Positions 22,954 to 32,666 of a stretch of 64,000 nt of DNA are shown here, one piece after another. Made by a program: the position numbers and the translations under genes. The notes under the pieces were generated by a model. That model was not told where the DNA came from, ran no database searches, and worked only from the letters and a program-made list of their open reading frames with translations. The stretch covers positions 11,929 through 75,928 of the forward strand of contig CBFDDH010000004.1 in the NCBI GenBank assembly GCA_965603515.1. Direction: 5' to 3'. The DNA is from an uncultured bacterium (lineage in GTDB: Bacteria > Hydrothermota > Tepidihabitantia > SM23-42). The stretch's first letter is position 1. Every line of letters starts with the position of its first letter.

Positions 22954-24048
22954 CTACTCCCAACTATCTATTCTTAATGGCATTAATAGGTACATAAGGC
23001 CATCTTTTCCCTTTGGGGTTATCACCGCTGCGGTCGATTGTGAGGTCAGCTCGAAAACCACATCTCTAGAGTCCAGATGCCTTAATGTTTCCAGAACAAA
23101 ATTGGCATTGAACCAAACGCAGACTTTCTCTCCTTCATAGACGCACGGCACATCTTCGTTCGCCTCGCCAATATCAGGTGAAGATGCAGATAGGATAATT
23201 TTGCTTTCACTGAAGTCAAACTTCACATTCTTTATGTGTGGACTAGCCACCAACGACACTCTTTTTAGGGCACCGTCGAGGACTTCTTTCTCAACCGTGC
23301 ACTTCCCTGAAAATTCTTTGGGTATTACGCCTTCGTAGCTTGGATACGGTCCCTCAATCAAGCGCGCGATCACTGTAGTGTCGGGAAATTTAATACCCAT
23401 CATCCGTTCTTCAGTAAATATCTCTAATTTCTCCTCTGGTTTTGTATAGTCTATCAGATCAAAAAGTTTAGTTGCGATTATCAGTTCACCGTCGATTTCC
23501 TTTTTCTCTTTTTTGATCATTGCTAACCTGGCGCCATCAGTAGTAACCATTCTCAGTTCTTTCTTTTTTAGTTGAAGCAAGACCCCGTTCATTGGACGGC
23601 GACTAATATCCTTTGCCACCATGAAAGCCGTCGATTCGACCATTTCCTCAATTTCTCCAACACTTATTTCAAACCACTTTTTTTCAGGGAAAGTTGGTAC
23701 TTCAGGAAACTCCTGCGAATCCAATGAGGGAATGTCAAAACGCGCATTACCTGCAGCAATATGTAGTTTCAGTTCCTTTAATTTAAAAACAACATCGTCA
23801 ACCTGAGTTTCTCTGGTTATTTCGAGCAGTTTCTTACCAGGAATCAAGACTTTACCCTCTTCTTTGACTTCCGCTGGGATAACTTTTTTTATAAAAATAT
23901 CAAGGTCTGTAGCTTGAATCATTAAGGTCTTACCTTTGGTTTCGATAATAATGTTTTGCAAAACTGTATAGGTACTTTTTGGAGGAACAATTTTTACAAT
24001 GTTCGCTAAAGTTTTTGCTAAAACATTTCTCTTAATTTTAAATTCCAT
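22954..24048 (-). CDS. dnaN: DNA polymerase III beta sliding clamp
   Basis: 364 aa with three-domain clamp organisation (MEFKIKRNVLAKTLANIVKIVPPKST...). Directly downstream of dnaA. Confidence 0.93.
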   Translation of the reverse strand: MEFKIKRNVLAKTLANIVKIVPPKSTYTVLQNIIIETKGKTLMIQATDLDIFIKKVIPAEVKEEGKVLIPGKKLLEITRETQVDDVVFKLKELKLHIAAGNARFDIPSLDSQEFPEVPTFPEKKWFEISVGEIEEMVESTAFMVAKDISRRPMNGVLLQLKKKELRMVTTDGARLAMIKKEKKEIDGELIIATKLFDLIDYTKPEEKLEIFTEERMMGIKFPDTTVIARLIEGPYPSYEGVIPKEFSGKCTVEKEVLDGALKRVSLVASPHIKNVKFDFSESKIILSASSPDIGEANEDVPCVYEGEKVCVWFNANFVLETLRHLDSRDVVFELTSQSTAAVITPKGKDGLMYLLMPLRIDSWE

Positions 24049-24239
24049 GTAGCCTCCTTAATTATAACAACTACTATAATATAAAATATATAGCTGTTGT
24101 TGTTGTACAGTGGAAATGTTTATATCTACCAAAACCCTTTAGAATACGGACAAAACAAGGACTTCGATTGTTCGCAGAACTGTGCATAAACCTTGATAAC
24201 TTATTCATTTTTAAAAAATCGTCAAACATCCACATACTA

Positions 24240-25559
24240 TCAACTACTTATCCGATTAGTTATCCGCTCTAATCTTTGGAGATATTCGATATCAGCTTTC
24301 TTTAGCCCCTCTACTTTTTCAATTGCATGAATTACAGTTGAGTGATCCTTGCCTCCGAAGAACTCGCCGATTTCCGCGAGCGAAAGATTGAGCATTGTCC
24401 GTATTAAGTACATCGATGTTTGTCTGGCTAAAGCAAGTTTCTGGGTTCGTTTCTTGCCCCTTATTTCGGCTTCGCTGAAACCAAGTTCTTCGATCACGTT
24501 TTTCAAAATTATTTGTTTTGTAATTCTCCTGCCTGAACCCAGAAGGTCTTTTAGAACCTCTTCGGCGAGATGTTCATTGACCTCCTGTCCAGAAAGGGAA
24601 GATACCGCAAGCAGTCTTATCAAACAGCCCTCGAGTTCACGAATATTAGATTTTACACGCGAGGCGATATAGTATGCTACATTAGAAGGGATTTTGATGG
24701 TTTCTGACTCGGCTTTCTTCTGCAAAATCGCAATACGCGTCTCCAGATCCGGGGGTTGGAGGTCAACGACAAGACCACCTTGAAAACGCGATGTTAATCG
24801 TTCCTCAAGAGTTAGGATTTCTCTTGGCGGTCTGTCAGAAGTGATTATAACCTGCTTGCCGGCTGAGTAGAGGTGGTTAAAAATATGGAAGATCTCTTCT
24901 TGGAGCCGTTCCTTGCCATATAGGAACTGGATATCGTCGATCAACAAAACATCCTTGGTCCGATACTTTTTCTTGAATGTCATCTGTTGATTTTTCTGAA
25001 TTGCCTCGATCAACTCGGTCATTATGTTCTCAGCCTGGGTGTAAAAAACATTAGTTTTCTTATGCTGCCGATGCACAAAATTTCCGATTGCTTGCATCAA
25101 ATGGGTTTTGCCTAACCCGACACCCCCGTAGAGAAAGAGTGGGTTATATGCTTCTCCCGGTGCTTCTGCGACTGCCAATGCCGCAGCGTGAGCGAATTCA
25201 TTATTCTTGCCGACCACAAAACTCTCAAAAGTATACCTTTCTTGAAGTTTGGTTCCATCCCGGGCAAGAATCAGACGTTTTCTTTTTTTCTTAGGTCGAT
25301 CTCCTTGTTGTTTCAAAGCCTTAAAAGCAAGCCTTAATTTGTTCCCGTTTAGTTGATGGACCGCTTCTTCTAGGATATTGTAATAGTGTTCTTCGATCCA
25401 GTCGATCTGAAACACATTGGGGAATTCGACAAGAAGAACATCCTCTTTCAATTCAACTCCACAACTACCACCAAACCATGTGTTGAAAGACTGCGAGTTG
25501 ATTCTCTCCTGGATATAATCCAGGACATTTTTCCATGTATTATTTGCTTTTTTATCCAT
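24240..25559 (-). CDS. dnaA: chromosomal replication initiator DnaA
   Basis: AAA+ Walker A GGVGLGKTHL, sensor motifs, C-terminal DnaA-box-binding helix-turn-helix (KKRTQKLALARQTSMYLIRTMLNLSLAEIGEFFGGKDHSTVIHA). Stop TGA immediately followed by TAG. Confidence 0.95.
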   Translation of the reverse strand: MDKKANNTWKNVLDYIQERINSQSFNTWFGGSCGVELKEDVLLVEFPNVFQIDWIEEHYYNILEEAVHQLNGNKLRLAFKALKQQGDRPKKKRKRLILARDGTKLQERYTFESFVVGKNNEFAHAAALAVAEAPGEAYNPLFLYGGVGLGKTHLMQAIGNFVHRQHKKTNVFYTQAENIMTELIEAIQKNQQMTFKKKYRTKDVLLIDDIQFLYGKERLQEEIFHIFNHLYSAGKQVIITSDRPPREILTLEERLTSRFQGGLVVDLQPPDLETRIAILQKKAESETIKIPSNVAYYIASRVKSNIRELEGCLIRLLAVSSLSGQEVNEHLAEEVLKDLLGSGRRITKQIILKNVIEELGFSEAEIRGKKRTQKLALARQTSMYLIRTMLNLSLAEIGEFFGGKDHSTVIHAIEKVEGLKKADIEYLQRLERITNRISS

Positions 25560-25855
25560 TGCTTAATTTTCCACAATAATCCACATAGTTATCCACACGA
25601 AAGTCACCTAAACCTTCCCAAATATAAACACTTTTATGAAACCAATGACAATTTTGTGTATAGTTCAAACAAAGGCGAAACAAGTTTATACAGAAAAAGC
25701 TAAAAGTCAAGAAAAAAATAGAATTGGTGATAAATCTTTTGGCACAAAAATTGCATTCGCGATTTTTCCTTAACAAACAGCATTATTTCACCCAGAAAAA
25801 GAATGGTAAAGCCTAATTCCGTTGACAACGGAAGTAATTAAAGTATAATCAAATC
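25560..25855. promoter_or_regulatory. candidate oriC: DnaA-box cluster plus AT-rich unwinding region upstream of dnaA
   Basis: Three tandem DnaA boxes on the + strand at 25567-25575 (TTTTCCACA), 25577-25585 (TAATCCACA) and 25589-25597 (TTATCCACA, perfect consensus), followed by a ~230-bp strongly AT-rich stretch. Lies between divergent dnaA (-) and rlpA (+). Confidence 0.6.
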
Positions 25856-26230
25856 ATGTTGATCTTATTGCTGTTTCTCTTCCTTGGTTCCTTAGGTTGC
25901 TCAAACTGTTGTTGTTTAGGGGGTGCTCAGGCAACAGGGTATGTACAATATGGTAAAGCGTCATACTATGGCGAAAAGTTTCACGGTCGAAAGACGACTT
26001 CTGGAGAAATATTCAATAAATGGGCTTATACATGCGCACACAAGAAATTGCCTTTTGACACCAAGGTTAAAGTAACGAATTTGAAAAACCTAAGAACCGT
26101 TGTTGTCCGGGTTAATGATCGAGGGCCTTTTGTAAAAGGCAGAATCATCGACCTTTCCTTTGCTGCAGCAAAAAAGATAGGGATGGTAAAAGACGGTGTA
26201 GTAAAAGTAAAAGTTGAAGTTATAAGATGA
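25856..26230 (+). CDS. rlpA: septal ring lytic transglycosylase RlpA family lipoprotein (DPBB domain)
   Basis: Lipoprotein signal followed by the conserved RlpA double-psi beta-barrel sequence ([59 protein letters not shown]). Confidence 0.8.
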   Translation: MLILLLFLFLGSLGCSNCCCLGGAQATGYVQYGKASYYGEKFHGRKTTSGEIFNKWAYTCAHKKLPFDTKVKVTNLKNLRTVVVRVNDRGPFVKGRIIDLSFAAAKKIGMVKDGVVKVKVEVIR

Positions 26231-27066
26231 TTACACTGGAAGCCCGGGCAAAGATCAATCTCGGTTTGAATATCATTGGAAAAAGAGAGGATGGGTTCCA
26301 TGATATTGAAACGACTCTTACGACGATAAACCTGGCCGATATCATCACGTTCGAGGAAAAAGGACAAGAAATCGAAGTTGTGGCTACGGGGTTGGATATT
26401 CCCTCTGATAAAAATCTCTGTTATATTGCCGCAAAATTATTTATTGAAAACTTTAATGTAAAAAAAGGTTTAAGCATAAACTTGATTAAGAATATCCCAA
26501 TAGGCAGTGGTCTTGGTGGTGGATCATCAGATGCTGCATGTGTTCTCAAGGGACTGAATAAGTTATACGACTTAAATATTCCCGAGCAATCGCTCTTTGA
26601 GATAAGCCGAAAGATCGGTTCGGATGTTCCTTTTTTTATAAGAGGTGGCGCAGCTTATGCACGCGGCAAGGGTGATGAACTGAAATATTTTAAGCTACCA
26701 AAGATGTCTTTGGTAATATACTGGCCAGGCTATCCAGTGTTGACAAAATGGGCATATGAGGAATATGATAAAAGCTTATTGACACCACCTTCAGAAACGG
26801 ATATCATAATCGAAGCGCAAAAAGGTAAGAATAAAAGAGCCAAGCCGAGCTTTGCATTGGTTAACGATTTTGAAAAAGTCGTTTTTAAAAAACATCCCGA
26901 TCTTTTGGATGTTAAAACACATCTTTTAGCAACTGGTGCTTATGTTGTCACCCTGTCAGGGAGCGGTTCATGCATCTTTGTCGTCGTTGACGAAAAGACG
27001 GGGAAAGGTGTATTGAAATACCTTGAGGGGATTGGTGCACAATATTTTGAAGTGGTTACAGTTTAG
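26227..27066 (+). CDS. ispE: 4-diphosphocytidyl-2-C-methyl-D-erythritol kinase
   Basis: GHMP kinase motifs ([22 protein letters not shown]). ATGA overlap with rlpA. Confidence 0.9.
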   Translation: MITLEARAKINLGLNIIGKREDGFHDIETTLTTINLADIITFEEKGQEIEVVATGLDIPSDKNLCYIAAKLFIENFNVKKGLSINLIKNIPIGSGLGGGSSDAACVLKGLNKLYDLNIPEQSLFEISRKIGSDVPFFIRGGAAYARGKGDELKYFKLPKMSLVIYWPGYPVLTKWAYEEYDKSLLTPPSETDIIIEAQKGKNKRAKPSFALVNDFEKVVFKKHPDLLDVKTHLLATGAYVVTLSGSGSCIFVVVDEKTGKGVLKYLEGIGAQYFEVVTV

Positions 27067-27101
27067 GCGATACGCTATAAACTATAGACTATCAGCTAAA
27101 A

Positions 27102-27172
27102 TGGGGCGTCGTCTAAGGGCAGGACACAGGCTTTTGGAGCCTGCCGTGGGGGTTCGACTCCTCCCGCCCCAG
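27102..27172 (+). tRNA. tRNA-Gln (anticodon UUG)
   Basis: tggggcg...caggc-ttttgga-gcctg...ggggg-ttcgact-cctcc-cgcccca-g. Acceptor 5' UGGGG / 3' CCCCA like bacterial tRNA-Gln. Anticodon loop uuUUGga; T-loop TTCGACT. CCA not encoded. Confidence 0.85.
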
Positions 27173-27198
27173 TTATGAGCAGAGCAGTGACAAGTAAT

Positions 27199-27260
27199 CA
27201 AGAATCAAGATCCAAGAACCAAACGAATTTGGGACCTGGGGTTTGGAACTTGGAGTTTCC
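27199..27260. repeat. CCAAGAACCAA / TTTGGAACTTGG palindromic repeat (copy B)
   Basis: caagaatcaagatccaagaaccaaacgaatttgggacctggggtttggaacttggagtttcc, between tRNA-Gln and prs. Confidence 0.7.
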
Positions 27261-27276
27261 CGAAGGGTAAGGAGGT

Positions 27277-28227
27277 TTGATGAGAGAAATAAAGTTATTT
27301 GCTGGAAATGCTAACAAGGAATTAGCCGAAGATATTTCAAGGCGGATCAAAGTGCCAGTGAGTAAATCCAACATTCGAAAATTTGCCGACGGTGAACTAA
27401 AGATTAAAATCGAGGAAAATATTCGGGGACGTGATGTTTTTATCATCCAGTCAACCCATTCGCCGGCAGAAAATATATTAGAGCTCTTACTTTTCCTGGA
27501 TGCCGCAAAAAGAGCATCAGCAGACAGGATAACCGCGGTGATTCCATATTTTGGCTATGCACGGCAAGATCGCAAAGATGAGCCGCGAGTTCCCATTTCG
27601 GCAAAGCTCATTGCGAATCTTCTGGCAAACAGTGGAGCTAGTCGGGTCTTAACGATAGATCTTCATGCTGAACAGATCCAGGGCTTTTTCGATATCCCGG
27701 TTGACCATTTATATGCTACTCCGGTCTTCGTGGATCACTATAAACTCCATAGCCTGGAAAATTATGTTATCGTTTCTCCTGATGCGGGTCGCGCTAATAG
27801 GGTGCGAGCTTTTGCTCGCCGATTAAAAGAAGGGTTGCCAATTGCGATTGTCGATAAGAGACGCATCGGCCCCAATCAAGCATTAGTTCTAAACGTCATC
27901 GGAGACGTTAAGGGAAAAACAGCTCTTATATACGATGATATGCTTGATACTGGAGGCACCATTGTCGAAGGAGCGCGGGCAATTGCAGAACAAGGCGCAA
28001 AAGAGGTTTTTGCTTGCATCGTGCATCCCCTGTTTTCGGGGAATGCTTCGCAGAGAATTGTTGACTCCTGCATCAAGGAACTTGTTATTACGGATACAAT
28101 TGTTCTGGCTTCGGAAAAAAATAATGATAAGCTGAAAATTCTATCCGTGGCTGGACTTTTAGGCGAGGCTATTCTACGCATACATAATGACGAATCGATA
28201 AGCTCGCTTTTCAAGGAGGTTGAATAA
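27277..28227 (+). CDS. prs: ribose-phosphate pyrophosphokinase
   Basis: PRPP synthetase motifs (divalent-cation site DLHAEQIQGFFDIPVD, PRPP-binding loop DDMLDTGGT). SD AAGGAGG upstream. Confidence 0.95.
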   Translation: MMREIKLFAGNANKELAEDISRRIKVPVSKSNIRKFADGELKIKIEENIRGRDVFIIQSTHSPAENILELLLFLDAAKRASADRITAVIPYFGYARQDRKDEPRVPISAKLIANLLANSGASRVLTIDLHAEQIQGFFDIPVDHLYATPVFVDHYKLHSLENYVIVSPDAGRANRVRAFARRLKEGLPIAIVDKRRIGPNQALVLNVIGDVKGKTALIYDDMLDTGGTIVEGARAIAEQGAKEVFACIVHPLFSGNASQRIVDSCIKELVITDTIVLASEKNNDKLKILSVAGLLGEAILRIHNDESISSLFKEVE

Positions 28228-28928
28228 TGATAGTTGATCTGCCCGCGAAACTTTACGAAGTAGAGAAAAAGGGTGATATTAAGCGAATGAGAAAACAGGG
28301 TACGTATCCTGCTGTTCTCTATGGTCATGGGGAGAAGTCGAGAAGGATATGTGTTGAGCAATCTGATTTAGACATGGTTCTAGGAAAACTTAAAGAGGAA
28401 GCTGTGACCGTTAACCTGAAAGTCGGCGGTAAAGACTATCTCTGTGTAATAAAATCAATACAGCATAACCCGATTACTGGTAAATTACTTCACATCGATT
28501 TTCAGCATATCCATAAAAAAGAGAAATTAAGGACTTCAGTCCCGATTCATCTTATTGGCGAAGCTCCAGGCTTGAAAGAGGGTGGTATTTTGGAGCAAAA
28601 TCTCCACGAGGTTATGATTAAATGTTTACCAACTGATATGCCGGCGTATATTGATGTTGATATTTCCGCCTTGGACCTTGATCAAGCAATTCATTTATAT
28701 GATATTGAAATGCCAAATGTCGAATTCGAACTGAGTAAAGAAACACCGATTGTCAGCATGATCGTACCAAAGGCAGTCGCCGTAGAAGTTAAGCCTGAAG
28801 CCCCAGAGGAAGGTGCTGAAGAAGTAGCTGAAGGTGAAGAAGCGCCAGCTGAAGAAGCAAAGGGAGAGAAAGCAGAAGATAAGGATTCAAAAGAGAAAGA
28901 GTCTAAACCGCCGGCAAAAAAGGGTTAA
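28227..28928 (+). CDS. rplY: 50S ribosomal protein L25 / general stress protein Ctc
   Basis: L25/Ctc beta-barrel N-domain (GKLLHIDFQHI...), acidic/lysine-rich C-terminal extension. Conserved prs-ctc-pth-ychF order. Confidence 0.9.
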   Translation: MIVDLPAKLYEVEKKGDIKRMRKQGTYPAVLYGHGEKSRRICVEQSDLDMVLGKLKEEAVTVNLKVGGKDYLCVIKSIQHNPITGKLLHIDFQHIHKKEKLRTSVPIHLIGEAPGLKEGGILEQNLHEVMIKCLPTDMPAYIDVDISALDLDQAIHLYDIEMPNVEFELSKETPIVSMIVPKAVAVEVKPEAPEEGAEEVAEGEEAPAEEAKGEKAEDKDSKEKESKPPAKKG

Positions 28929-29040
28929 CCCCCACACCTTGTTCGGCATACGCATACGGATGATTCTTTTAAGTTTTTATGAATTCTGCAGAAAGCATAC
29001 GCGCTACACGTACAATATACTAAACAAGGTGTGGAGGTAA

Positions 29041-29622
29041 ATGATTATTTTCGGACTCGGTAACCCCGGGTTAATATATCGTGCTACGCGACATAATGCA
29101 GGGGTTGTATTTTTAAACACATTTGCAAAGCAAAAAAAGGTAAGGTTCCGTCAACATCAGGGTTTTCGTAAAGCAAAACTGAGAATCGCCGGTTATAATC
29201 TTACTTTGGTTAAACTTCAATGCTTTATGAACGATTCAGGTGGTGCAGTTGCATATGTTCTTGGTAAGAAGCCGGATGATTTCTTGATTATTTTAGACGA
29301 TATTAATTTGCCTTTAGGAAAACTTAGGTTGCGAAAAAGCGGTAGTGACGGAGGTCATTTAGGCTTACGTTCAATAGTAAACACCCTTGATACTTCAAAC
29401 TTCCCCCGCTTGCGTATCGGTGTAGGCCGCTCTGGTGACGATGTTGCGCGCCATGTTTTGAGTCCTTTTTCGCGCGCCCAAAGAAAGCTCCTGCGCTGCG
29501 TTATTGACGAAGGGATACAAGGTATGGAAACGATGTTCAGAGACGGGTTTGTGAAAGCCCAGAACTTTATAAATGGAATAGATCTGGAAATCAAATCCGA
29601 AGCACGAAATCCTAAACCCTAA
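29041..29622 (+). CDS. pth: peptidyl-tRNA hydrolase
   Basis: MIIFGLGNPG...TRHNAG... catalytic His-containing N-terminus typical of Pth. Confidence 0.93.
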   Translation: MIIFGLGNPGLIYRATRHNAGVVFLNTFAKQKKVRFRQHQGFRKAKLRIAGYNLTLVKLQCFMNDSGGAVAYVLGKKPDDFLIILDDINLPLGKLRLRKSGSDGGHLGLRSIVNTLDTSNFPRLRIGVGRSGDDVARHVLSPFSRAQRKLLRCVIDEGIQGMETMFRDGFVKAQNFINGIDLEIKSEARNPKP

Positions 29623-29753
29623 ACGAATTCAAATGACAGAAATTCAAATAACCAAACATTTTATGAAATTCAGATTTTGGTATTGTTCAGGTACGAATTT
29701 TCCGCCCGAGGCGGATCAGCCTCAGGCTGAAGATATTAAGGTTTAGAATTTAC

Positions 29754-30767
29754 ATGAAAATCGGTATAATCGGTCTGCCCAATGTTGGAAAGTCGAGTTT
29801 GTTTAATTTCTTGACGCATGGCCACGTGCAAGTAGCGAAATTCCCTTTTACTACCATTGATAGAAACATCGGAATGGTAACGATCCCTGATGCAAGATTA
29901 GAACAGATAATAGAAATAACCCAGGCTCCCAAAGTGAAATTTGCTGCTATAGAATTTGTTGACATCGCCGGGTTGATAAAAGGTGCTTCACAAGGGGACG
30001 GGTTGGGCAATAAGTTCCTTGCTCATATTCGGGATGTTGATCTCACGATTCATATAATCAGATGCTTTGCTGATCCTGACATCCCCCACACGGATACCCA
30101 GATCCTGCCGAAGCGTGATTATGAAATCGTACGCGCTGAACTCTACTTGTCAGATTTAGGGGTTGTGGAACGCAGGATCGATAAAATCAAGAAAAAGGCA
30201 GAATGCAAAGAGGAATTGAAAAAGCTGCTTATAATAAAAGAGGCATTAAATAAAGGACAGGTGCCAGGTACAACTATTCGTGATTTGCCTTTACTTTCAA
30301 CAAAAAAGGAATTAATAATATTGAACTTAGATGAAGACGGACGATTTCAAACAGACATCAAAAAGATTGATAGCTACAGACTATCTGTGCGATTAGAGGA
30401 AGACATAAGTGATTTTACAAAAGAGGAGAAGCAAACTCTGAGGAAGGATGCTGGTTTGGATCCAGCAGGGATAACTGGTATTTTGAGGTTCTGTATGGAG
30501 ATGCTGTCGATTATTACATTCTACACGATAAAGGGGGATGAAACGCGTGCCTGGCCGATAATAAAAGGTGCCCATGTATTAGATGCTGCCGGGTTGATTC
30601 ATTCAGACATGAAAGATGGATTTATAAGAGCTGAAGTATTGGAATGGAAAGATTTTATTGCTGCTGGTGGTTTTACTCCGGCTCAACAAGCCGGTTTGAC
30701 TAAAGTAGAAGGCAAGGAGTATATTGTAAAGGATGGAGATATTATTCTGATTAAATTCAGAAAATGA
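29754..30767 (+). CDS. ychF: ribosome-binding ATPase YchF (Obg-family GTPase)
   Basis: G1 GLPNVGKSS, G3 DIAGL, coiled-coil insert, C-terminal TGS domain (KVEGKEYIVKDGDIILIKF). Confidence 0.93.
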   Translation: MKIGIIGLPNVGKSSLFNFLTHGHVQVAKFPFTTIDRNIGMVTIPDARLEQIIEITQAPKVKFAAIEFVDIAGLIKGASQGDGLGNKFLAHIRDVDLTIHIIRCFADPDIPHTDTQILPKRDYEIVRAELYLSDLGVVERRIDKIKKKAECKEELKKLLIIKEALNKGQVPGTTIRDLPLLSTKKELIILNLDEDGRFQTDIKKIDSYRLSVRLEEDISDFTKEEKQTLRKDAGLDPAGITGILRFCMEMLSIITFYTIKGDETRAWPIIKGAHVLDAAGLIHSDMKDGFIRAEVLEWKDFIAAGGFTPAQQAGLTKVEGKEYIVKDGDIILIKFRK

Positions 30768-30790
30768 CCTCGTGATTTTTTTTCTTCCTT

Positions 30791-30888
30791 GTCATTGCGA
30801 GTCCTGACGTTAGTCGGGACGAAGCAATCTCTGACAATACGAATACACTGAAGGTTGCCACGACCACCTGTGGCGGTCTCGCAATGAC
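30791..30888. repeat. GTCATTGCGAG...GCAATCTC palindromic repeat (copy c) plus inverted partial copy
   Basis: gtcattgcgag-[tcctgac gttag tcgggac]-gaagcaatctc at 30791-30832; inverted ctcgcaatgac at 30878-30888; hairpin gccacgaccacctgtggc in between. Confidence 0.7.
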
Positions 30889-30904
30889 ATTTTTAAAGCA
30901 GAGG

Positions 30905-30943
30905 GTCAACCCCGTTAGAGACGGAGTCTCTAACGGGGTTGAC
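30905..30943. other. perfect 18-bp palindrome (stem-loop) downstream of ychF
   Basis: gtcaaccccgttagagac-gga-gtctctaacggggttgac: 18/18 complementary arms, 3-nt loop. Confidence 0.7.
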
Positions 30944-30991
30944 AAAAGAATAATAATTTATATACTTATTTTATACACGGAGGTGTGAACT

Positions 30992-31249
30992 ATGATTATT
31001 TGGGCGTTTGTTGTTTTCGGTCTTGGGATAGCTTTTTTCCTTTTCTATGTTTTCAATCTCTTCGGTTTTTTCGCACCCTGGATCTGGGCGATAATTCTCT
31101 TCATCATTTCTATTGGTATGCTCAATCGGATATGGCATAAAGAAAAGGAAAAGGAAAAAGAGAAACTGGCACAGCGAGTTAATGAACTTGAAGAAGAATT
31201 AGACGGGTTTCAAAAAGGGAAATCAGAAAAAATAGATCAGGAAAGCTGA
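30992..31249 (+). CDS. hypothetical small membrane protein with C-terminal coiled coil
   Basis: Two hydrophobic helices then an EK-rich tail. SD GGAGGTG upstream. Confidence 0.45.
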   Translation: MIIWAFVVFGLGIAFFLFYVFNLFGFFAPWIWAIILFIISIGMLNRIWHKEKEKEKEKLAQRVNELEEELDGFQKGKSEKIDQES

Positions 31250-32646
31250 TCGAAGACAATCAGTTTTTCCTCAGTCATTTCTTTAATTGCGAACTCAGGA
31301 CCTTCTCTACCTAAACCACTACCCTTTGTTCCACCATAAGGCATATTATCTACACGAAAGGTGGGAGACTCGTTTATCAATACGCCACCAGCATCAATGT
31401 TTTGGGCACAGTCCATGGCTTTGGTGATATCCCTGGTAAATATACCTGCCTGCAACCCGTACTTTGTCTCATTCACTTTGGTAATGACTTCATCTACGGT
31501 TTTGAAGGTATTCACCGCGATGATGGGCGCGAAAGCCTCTTCCTTAATGATCAAGGACGCTTCAGATACATTCAAGAAGATGGTCGGAAGAAAAACAGTA
31601 TTATCGCGGCGTCCGCCTAGTATTAGAATGCCCTTATGTGCAAGAGCATCTTCACAGAACTTCTCAGCTTTTTGAATTGCCGCTTCATCGATCATCGGTC
31701 CCATTTCCGTGTCTTCAAGTAAGGGGTTGCCATACTTGATTTTCCCAACTTCAAGGGATAGCTCGCGCATGAATTCATCAGCCACAGTTTCTTCAATATA
31801 GACTCTTTGAATCGAAATACATACTTGACCAGCCAAACTATAACCGCCTTTCCGGATTTTCTTCACGACGAAATCAAACGGTGCGTCTTTGAAGATAACT
31901 ACTGCAGAATTAGCCCCCAGCTCCATTGTAATATGCTTCATGCCGCATTTTTCAGTGATAAGTTGTCCAACTTCGAGCGATCCAGTGAAACTGATTTTTC
32001 TTATTTCAGGGCGACGCACTAAACCCATGCCGATCGTGTGTCCTGGGCCAACTAGCACAGAAATGCCTTGTTTTGGTAGCCCTGCTGCAACTAAGACTTC
32101 GGCTAACATGATAGCAGAAAGCGGGGTTTTCGTGGCTGGTTTGTGGATAACCGAATTACCAGCAGCAATAGCTGGACCAATTTTATGGCAAGACAGATTT
32201 AACGGGAAATTGAAGGGTGTAATCGCAAGAACCAGACCCAGTGGAACCCGTTGATAGAAACCAATTTTTTTGGACGGGCTACTGAGATCAAAGCGCACGG
32301 TTTTACCGGTGAGTGTAAGGGCTGCTTGGGCCGAGAGTTTCATTGTGTTAGCTGCCCGGTCAACTTCACCGCGTGCTTCATTTATTGTCTTGCCAGATTC
32401 CCTTGAGATAATTTGTGCGAAATCCTCTTTTCTTTTTTTGATAATAGAAGCACTTTGTTCAAGGATTTCTGCTCTTTCCCCGGCCGGCATATTCCTTAGG
32501 ATTTCAAAACCAGTTTGAGCTGCCCGTATAGCCTTTGTGATATCTTCTTCATCGCTTTGGCCTAGCGTGTCAACGACAACATTATCATAAGGGTTTTTAA
32601 TGGTAATCGTCGTTTTTTTCTTTATGCGCTCACCCAATAAGTACAT
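31237..32646 (-). CDS. NAD(P)-dependent aldehyde dehydrogenase family protein
   Basis: ALDH-superfamily length (469 aa). Catalytic Cys region (SLAGQVCISIQRVYIEE), Glu active site (ITMELGANSAVVIF), cofactor-binding GxGxxG-like region (GPGHTIGMGLV). Confidence 0.85.
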   Translation of the reverse strand: MYLLGERIKKKTTITIKNPYDNVVVDTLGQSDEEDITKAIRAAQTGFEILRNMPAGERAEILEQSASIIKKRKEDFAQIISRESGKTINEARGEVDRAANTMKLSAQAALTLTGKTVRFDLSSPSKKIGFYQRVPLGLVLAITPFNFPLNLSCHKIGPAIAAGNSVIHKPATKTPLSAIMLAEVLVAAGLPKQGISVLVGPGHTIGMGLVRRPEIRKISFTGSLEVGQLITEKCGMKHITMELGANSAVVIFKDAPFDFVVKKIRKGGYSLAGQVCISIQRVYIEETVADEFMRELSLEVGKIKYGNPLLEDTEMGPMIDEAAIQKAEKFCEDALAHKGILILGGRRDNTVFLPTIFLNVSEASLIIKEEAFAPIIAVNTFKTVDEVITKVNETKYGLQAGIFTRDITKAMDCAQNIDAGGVLINESPTFRVDNMPYGGTKGSGLGREGPEFAIKEMTEEKLIVFDQLS

Positions 32647-32666
32647 AGTTCCCTGCCTTTTGTTTC

